64,000 bases of DNA. Source: the human T2T-CHM13v2.0 reference genome, Homo sapiens. Below are positions 57,431-64,000 of this stretch, piece after piece. Position numbers and translations under genes: made by a program. The first letter of the stretch is position 1; the number at the start of each line of letters is the position of its first letter. The notes beneath the pieces were generated by a model. The model was not told the origin of the DNA. It did no database searches and saw only the letters and a list, made by a program, of their open reading frames with translations. The stretch lies in NCBI RefSeq assembly GCF_009914755.1, contig NC_060926.1; one strand, given 5' to 3'.

Positions 57431-58129
57431 CTCTCCCCTCAAGCTTCGTGCCCCTTCTAGAATTCCCTATAAGATCAGAGGAGGGTTCTATGACAGATCC
57501 CCTCTGGCTCACCGAGCCCTCTTCCCCAGCTCCTCTGAAAAGGTTATGTCTAGGATTCCTAAGGTAAGTGTTAGTAATGAAGTGTATGACTTAGCCCATT
57601 GTATCATGGGTGACTCAGCTGCAGCAGTGCCTGACATCACCAACCCTAGTCAGCAAGAGGTCATTTCCTGCATGTCAGCTGAAACACTCATTCCTAATGA
57701 GGTAATGACGTGACACCTACTGTTCGCAGAACTGCATGTCTCTGGACTACGTGGCCGAAGTCACTATCTATGGACTCCTTTTATTGGGGTAGAAATTATT
57801 CTTCAGGTAAGGACTTAAGCCTCATCTACCTTTGAGCTTCGTTCACTGGTGTTCACAACTTCTCCAATTTTATTATCTCTGAAGTGTGTCTGGGATTCCC
57901 ATTTGCACAATTCAACTGTGCATTTGGTCCTGCTGATGCTGCAAAACTGGATGGAGATGTGAAAGTCATTCACTCCGACCCTCTTCACCCTCCACCAGCC
58001 CTGCCTGCTGTGCCAGGCTTCTACATTCTCACGTTTTCTCTTTATTTAATAGGGCACCAGCATGATGAAGTACAGAGAGCTTGGCGAACACAAGGACTCT
58101 AATGTTCTCTGCAGGTTCCTGTACATGCC

Positions 58130-58262
58130 CCTTAACTTTCGGGGCCTCAGTTTCCTTAACTCTGTAGTGAAAGTTGTAAAATCAGAGTTAATACATGCAT
58201 TCATATGTTACAGGTTCTAAATGAGCACCAAACATTATTGCTATTATCACCATTATTATCAT
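58130..58262 (+). mobile_element. MIR SINE fragment
   Basis: CTTAACTTTCGGGGCCTCAGTTTCCTTAACTCTGTA...GTTAATACATG...AACATTATTGCTATTAT. Confidence 0.65.
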
Positions 58263-58609
58263 CTATGAGGTGAATACACCGAAAATGTGGACTAGAGAGC
58301 ACCTATGATTCCAGGCTGGCTTGCTTGTTTCATATTTCAAGCTTGTTTGAAACCTCAGGACATCGGGAATGAGTTTAACAAAAAAGAAAGAAAAATGGCT
58401 GCTTCTCTGTGGCACGTATAAGGAGTAACTAAAAGCAGCCTTGAACTTCGTCACTTCTCAGTGGTTTTCCACACGTACGTCTGGTCATCTTCACCACCAT
58501 CCTCTCAGAAGATATTAATATGACATGCATTCCACAGGAAGTGGAGCGTTGGAAATCTTGTCACCTGCTCAGGGTCAGGGAAGGAGCTTTGCCAAGTAGC
58601 ATACATGAT

Positions 58610-58780
58610 ATGGAGAGTCTTAAGTTGCAAGTAACAGAAGCTGACTTGGTCTAACTTGAGTATGAAAAAAAAAGAACAATCGATGAAAAATTAAGGTTTA
58701 TTGGAAGAATTATGGGATAACTCACAGAACCAAAGGGAAGTATTCCCACCGGTGTTTGGGAAGGTCAGGGCCCATCCTAG
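58610..58780 (-). mobile_element. Old MLT1-family LTR fragment
   Basis: GTTGCAAGTAACAGAAGCTGACTTGGTCTAACTT...TTTATTGGAAGAATTATGGGATAACTCACAGAA. Confidence 0.55.
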
Positions 58781-61330
58781 GAGCATTAATGCAGGTCACT
58801 CTCATCTGACAAGGAAGTTTCCCTACCTCCTTCCATCTCTGTGCATCTTTTCTGGCTTTGAATTCCCAGGAGAGGGATTGTCTTCAGTCAGGCATCTGGG
58901 TCTGTGTTCAAAGCACATCATAGTCCAAGTACATGGGTCACTGGGGGAGCCAGACGCTGAGAGCCAACAGCCACCTAGAGTGACCAGTGGGGCCGGGCAG
59001 AGGTGAACTTGGGGTTTGCTGTCAGGGCACCTTGCAGTTCAAACCCTTTGTTACTCAAGGTTCTAGGGTAAGATTTTCTATGTTCATTTACTCTGTTTGG
59101 TTAGGCAGTGTCATCTAGACTTGCTCTTTATTAACCAGAATTGAAAGTCTTTCAACCATAAACAAAGGTGATAGATTTGGAGAGCTTAGAGCTGGATCTC
59201 GGGGGAGTCGTTTCCCAGAGCAGGTGCCGCGTCTGTAGCCTCCTTCCCATGGATTGCAAAGGAACGGTGCTGAGTCTCGGACTCCGGCCCAGGAGCTCAG
59301 CGTTCACGGGCATCTTGCCATTCAGGAACGTGGCAAGGAGCATGCACACAGAGTATCCTGTCTAAAAGGTCCCAAAGTACTGATGCCTCCTGGCTTGCCA
59401 CATTGCCTGAAATTCCACCTTGATTACTTATCTACTTAGGATAAGACCCAGTTTCTTGTTAATAAGTGCCAACTCCTTGTGAAGGCTGTTACATCGAGCC
59501 GTATCAGTTGTAAACGCCCTGACGAGGTAGCGTTGATCCTTTTCCACCTGACAGGCAGCAGAGGTGAGGTTTGGCTATTGAAAGCAGCAGGACTGGGGTC
59601 CTAACACAGCCTGGCCACTACGGCCCTGGTCTCCGAAAAACAGAGAAAAATGGGGACAAAAGAGTAAGGAATAATGAAGCTGAGTATGTTCAGCTTGAAC
59701 AATTATCTCCATGTTGGCGTGATGCAGTCCTACACTGGGTGTGAGTAAGATGTTCCTTTTATAAAGTAATGACAATAAATAAGGTGATGTTTTTAAAGCC
59801 AGCAACTACATTTCAGCCTCCCCCCACATTATATTTTTATAAAATAGCATGAGTCCATTTAGCACTAAATTAAGAACTATTGACTAAGGGCACAGCTGAG
59901 GAGAGATGAGATGTGGTTGGTTTCTGGGGCTGCTCTGCTGGCAGCAGGGGTGAGAGGTGGAGTCCTTCAGGAGGGACCAAGAAGGGCAGGCCATGGAGGG
60001 GCCGCCTTTGTCATCAATAGTTTGGTTGGGATGAGGTCAGGATGGGAGAGTGAGGACCATCCGTTCTCATTTTGTTCTGTTCACCAACCCTAACTTCACA
60101 TGCACTGTTCTTGCAGAGTGTTCTTTTCTATTTCTTTTTTTTTCCCGCAGTGAGCATTTTCAAAAGTACACTTTCCCCCCTCCAAGCTGTCACTAAAGAT
60201 GGACCCTGGGAGCAGTGGAGCAGTGAGGTGCCAGCCTCTGCCCCAGGACGCTAATGATACCAGCCGCAGGGCTTCTGGAAATCTTCTCCCAGCAAAGAAA
60301 TGCTAAGACCATAGTCTGGCTGCTTTCAGGTGAGGTCAAACTGGCCACTGCTCCAGCCAGCACAGGCCAGGAAGACGAGGGACTCGGTCACCGTGATCAG
60401 CATCGGGGTCTACTATTCACCCAGAAGGGAAAAGTGGAACTTGCAACAGAGCCATTTCTACTCAACCCTCTGCTTCAGGCTGACAGAATACTGTCTCCTC
60501 CCTCTGGCAGGTGCCACAGACACTCTCTCCTTCCAGGGCACAGGCAGCTGCACACATGGAGCCACTATTAGCCTCGAAGACAGAATGCGTGTGTGTGTGG
60601 GCATGGACGTGTGAGTGCATGCACAAGTCTGCGGGGGTCATATGGAAGAAACTTGATGTGGAAGGAGAATCTAAGGTCATTCCGCAAGAAAGTGTCCTTC
60701 GAGTCACATTTAGCCAGGGCGCCTTTTGCAGCCTCCTCCAGCCTGGCACAGACACAGATGGCCACATGGCGGCCACAGCTGGTGGAGAGCGGAGCTGCCG
60801 GCCTACTAGTGGGAGCTGGCTGCCCACTCCTCTTCTTGGGAGTGCTTGGCTATCTCCTCTGGCTGCCGATGCAGCCTGGGAGGGGACTGAGCGTCTTTGG
60901 TGCTGACTAACCTCCTAATTCATTTTGCATATGCTCCTTTTGGCTGGCACTGCCACCAACTGCTCCCAGACCTGACCTGGTTAGAAGTGGAGTAGGGTAC
61001 TCCAAGGTTGCTCTCACACACCAGCAGTTCCCGCCGCGTGGACCGATTTGACTACTCTGCCTCAAGAGCGAAGTTAAATTTGTTCAACTCTGCACACAGT
61101 TGCTTCTGGTGTTACCAGTTGATTACATCTTCAGGTTGACTGTTTTTATTTAAATTAATTTAGTTTGTTACATAATAAACACTTGGGAAAAGGTAAAATA
61201 ATTGGCTCGGTGACCCCCAGCACACCTTAGTTTTTCTAGAGCTCCTTATTGTTATTTTCTAATTCAGAAATGGGAGACAAGGGACTAGTTTTCTCCATGT
61301 TGTTTTATCAAATGAAAACTTCAATCAACT

Positions 61331-61609
61331 ATTTATTTATTAATACTTTTTGAGACAGGATCTCACTCTGTTACCCAGGCTGGAGTGCTGTGGCACAATC
61401 ATGGCTCACTGCAACTTCCACCTCAGCCTCCCAAGTGGCTGGGACTACAGGCACGTGTCACCACACCCAGCTAATTAAAAAAAAAAAATTGTAGAAATGG
61501 AGTTTTCCTATGTTACCCAGGCTACTCTTGAATTCCTGGGCTCTGGTGATCTTCCCATCTTGACTGCCCAAGGTGCTGGGATTACAGGCGTGAGCCACCA
61601 TGCCCAGGC
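61331..61609 (-). mobile_element. AluJ element with an internal deletion
   Basis: GAGACAGGATCTCACTCTG...GTGAGCCACCATGCCCAG; TSD AATCAACT at 61323-61330 and 61611-61618. Confidence 0.93.
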
Positions 61610-62066
61610 TAATCAACTTTTTAAAAACAGTGAAAGGATACTGGATACTAGACAATGAGCCAACCTCCATTGGCTCAATTAGGAAAAATCTATTGGCTTA
61701 AGGAATAAGGCAGAAAATGGAATAGGCATGGCGACATTCCGGTCTCAATGAGTCTCTGACGGTCTTTGTGATTTGGACTTATTCTCTCCTGCTACGATCA
61801 CAGTCAAACCACATGGCAGGGGAAAAAATTAAAGATCAATGTTCCCACAACCAATAATCACAAGATAAGAGAAAGTGATCCCCCACACTACTGATTGGAA
61901 AATTCGGAGGAGAGACAGACTGGCCCTGTTCGGGTCACCTGCCAATTCTGACTTGATGGGTTTGCCCAGGGCTGTGGCCCAGCCAGAGTCAGATGCAATT
62001 TCCAGGGGCCAAGGACACACACAGGTTACACTCCAGCAGAGTCACATGGAGCGGCTGCTGGGTGGG

Positions 62067-62428
62067 CGATATGGTTTGGCTGTGTCCCCACCCAAATCTC
62101 ATCTTGAACTGTAGCTCCCATAATCCCCATGTGTCATGGGAAGGACCCAGTGAGAGGTAATTGAATCATGGGTGCAGGTTTTTCTCAGCCGTTCTCATGA
62201 TAGTGAGTAAGTCTCACAAGATCTGATTGTTTTATAAAGGGCAGTTCCCCTGCACACACTCTCTTGCCTGCCACCATGTAAGAGGTGCCTTTGCTCATCC
62301 TTTGCCTTCTGCCATGATTGTGAGGCCTCCCCAGCCATGTGGAACTGTGAGTCCAATCAACCTCTTTTTCTTTATAAATTACCAGTCTCTGGTATTTCTT
62401 CATAGCAGTATGACAATGGACTAACACA
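62067..62428 (+). mobile_element. Solo THE1C-like LTR
   Basis: CGATATGGTTTGGCTGTGTCCCCACCCAAATC...GGACTAACACA; perfect TSD GTGGG. Confidence 0.96.
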
Positions 62429-63489
62429 GTGGGGCTTTCTTGATTAGAAAGGTAACCCAGGCAAACAAAAGAGTCTGTGGGTTACAGATGTAAAAAGGCA
62501 GTTCACAGGTCAGAAATATTCACCAAACTAATGCTTAAAGAAAAAAGCACTGGAGCAATGAGTACATCCATTTTAGCTCATCATGTCACAGAGGTCAGTG
62601 CATTTGGTAATTTTTACTGTTGGCAGGATGAGTAGGGACAGGTTGCTGGAGTACATGCACACTAGAGCACAATTTTTAGAGACCAAATACTTGCTGCTTT
62701 TTGAAATGAGTATATAGCTTGACTCAGAAATTCCGCTTCTCAGAATTCATTCTACAGAATAAATTGGAGAATTCTCACAAGTGAAAAATATATGCATTTG
62801 GAAGTTTACTGCTGTATTATTCATTTTTTTAAAAAAAATGGGAAAAATCTAAAGGGTCCTCATTTGATGGCATGTTAAATTACTTGAAGTATGTACATTA
62901 AAGTCATGAAAAAAACAAGTGAATTCTTTATTTACTGACGTGGAAACAAGCACAAGGTACATTATAGATGAGCATACTGCACGATCCTATGCAGAATCCT
63001 TCCATTTGTGTTTTTTATTTTCAAAAATCTTTATGTTTGTGTGTGAGAGAGAGAGACAGAGAGAGAGCATTTGTGTTGAGAAAGACAGAGAGAATACACA
63101 ATTCACAGTCCACATTTATTTAACTAATTCCTCAGTGTTGGGCTTTGGGTTACTTTTTCACTTATCACTGTTTTAAATAACATTTTGGATATTTTCAAAA
63201 ATACATACATGGGTGTTTCTCTGGACGATGCATCCTAGTGGGTTCCCAGCTGATCTAAGGTTACAACCACTTGTAAGTCTCTGGGTGCACATTGACAAAT
63301 CGCCGTCCAGATCAACAGGACCATTTCACACTTTTCCTAGGTGTGTGTGAGAATGCCGTGACTTTTCCACCTCAAAATGTTGAATATTGTGACTAAACAG
63401 TAAAAACCTTTAATTGCAAGATGTCATCCTTTGAGTGGACTGGAACCACAGGTTACTGTTCTTGGTTTATGGCAGTGGGAATCTCCCTT

Positions 63490-64000
63490 TAAAAACATTA
63501 AACATCTTATTAAGGGATAACTGATATAGAATGAATAACACACATTCAAAGTGTATAATCTGATCAATTTTAACACATGTATACACTTGTGAAACCATTA
63601 CCACAATGAAGGCAGTGAACATGTTCACCTCCAATGCTCCCTTTTGCTCCATTTGTTAACCCTCTCTGCTGTTCCTCCTACTCTCTTTATCCCCAATCAA
63701 GTGCTGATCTGTCCTCAGTTAATATAGATGAATTTGCATTTCTTAAAGCTTGATATATGTGGAATGTTTTTGTTTGGCTTCTTTTATGCAGCATGCAGAG
63801 TTAGAGACATAGCCATGTTGTGTATGTCAGTAGGCCATTGCTTATCATTGCTGAGCAGTATTCCATGCTATGGATAGACCAAAATTTCAGTATCCATTTG
63901 GCTGTTCATGATACTTGGGTTGCTTCCAGTCTTGGTCTATTACAATTAACATTACCATGAAGATTCATGTTCAAGTCTTTGTATGAATATATTTTTCTAT
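63490..64000 (-). mobile_element. Old L1M (MB/MC-type) 3' end, antisense, running off the window
   Basis: AAAGTGTATAATCTGATCAATTTT...TGAAACCATTACCACAAT...TTGGGTTGCTTCCAGT. Confidence 0.8.

Overview
This window is primate (human-like) non-coding genomic DNA, intergenic or deep-intronic. I find no credible protein-coding exon, RNA gene or CRISPR array, and no novel encoded biological system that I can support. The ORF track is explained by chance ORFs, Alu/LTR/L1 relics and simple repeats. Content: 8 Alus (all antisense), long decayed L1M pieces (mostly antisense, one with a recognisable ORF1p relic), L2/MIR/MER5 fossils, and many LTR elements. The LTR elements are four solo THE1 LTRs, a full-length THE1A nested in an MLT1, an MSTB nested in an MLT2, an MSTC/D, a second MLT2, an LTR16 and a MER61-like ERV1 LTR. 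The left ~28 kb is AT/L1-rich and the right ~33 kb is GC-richer with MIR/L2. The most notable observations are: a THE1 fragment flanked by a 28-bp duplication that may have been copied from the neighbouring LTR; a possible hAT transposase fossil at the left edge; a fold-back hairpin inside MSTB; several young tandem duplications; a MER61-like LTR with a 38-bp array and YY1 motifs; a dense ARE/AP-1/ATF motif cluster near 57.6 kb; and candidate + strand non-coding exons. Repeat subfamily names come from my recollection of consensus sequences and need RepeatMasker/Dfam confirmation. Boundaries of old repeats are approximate.
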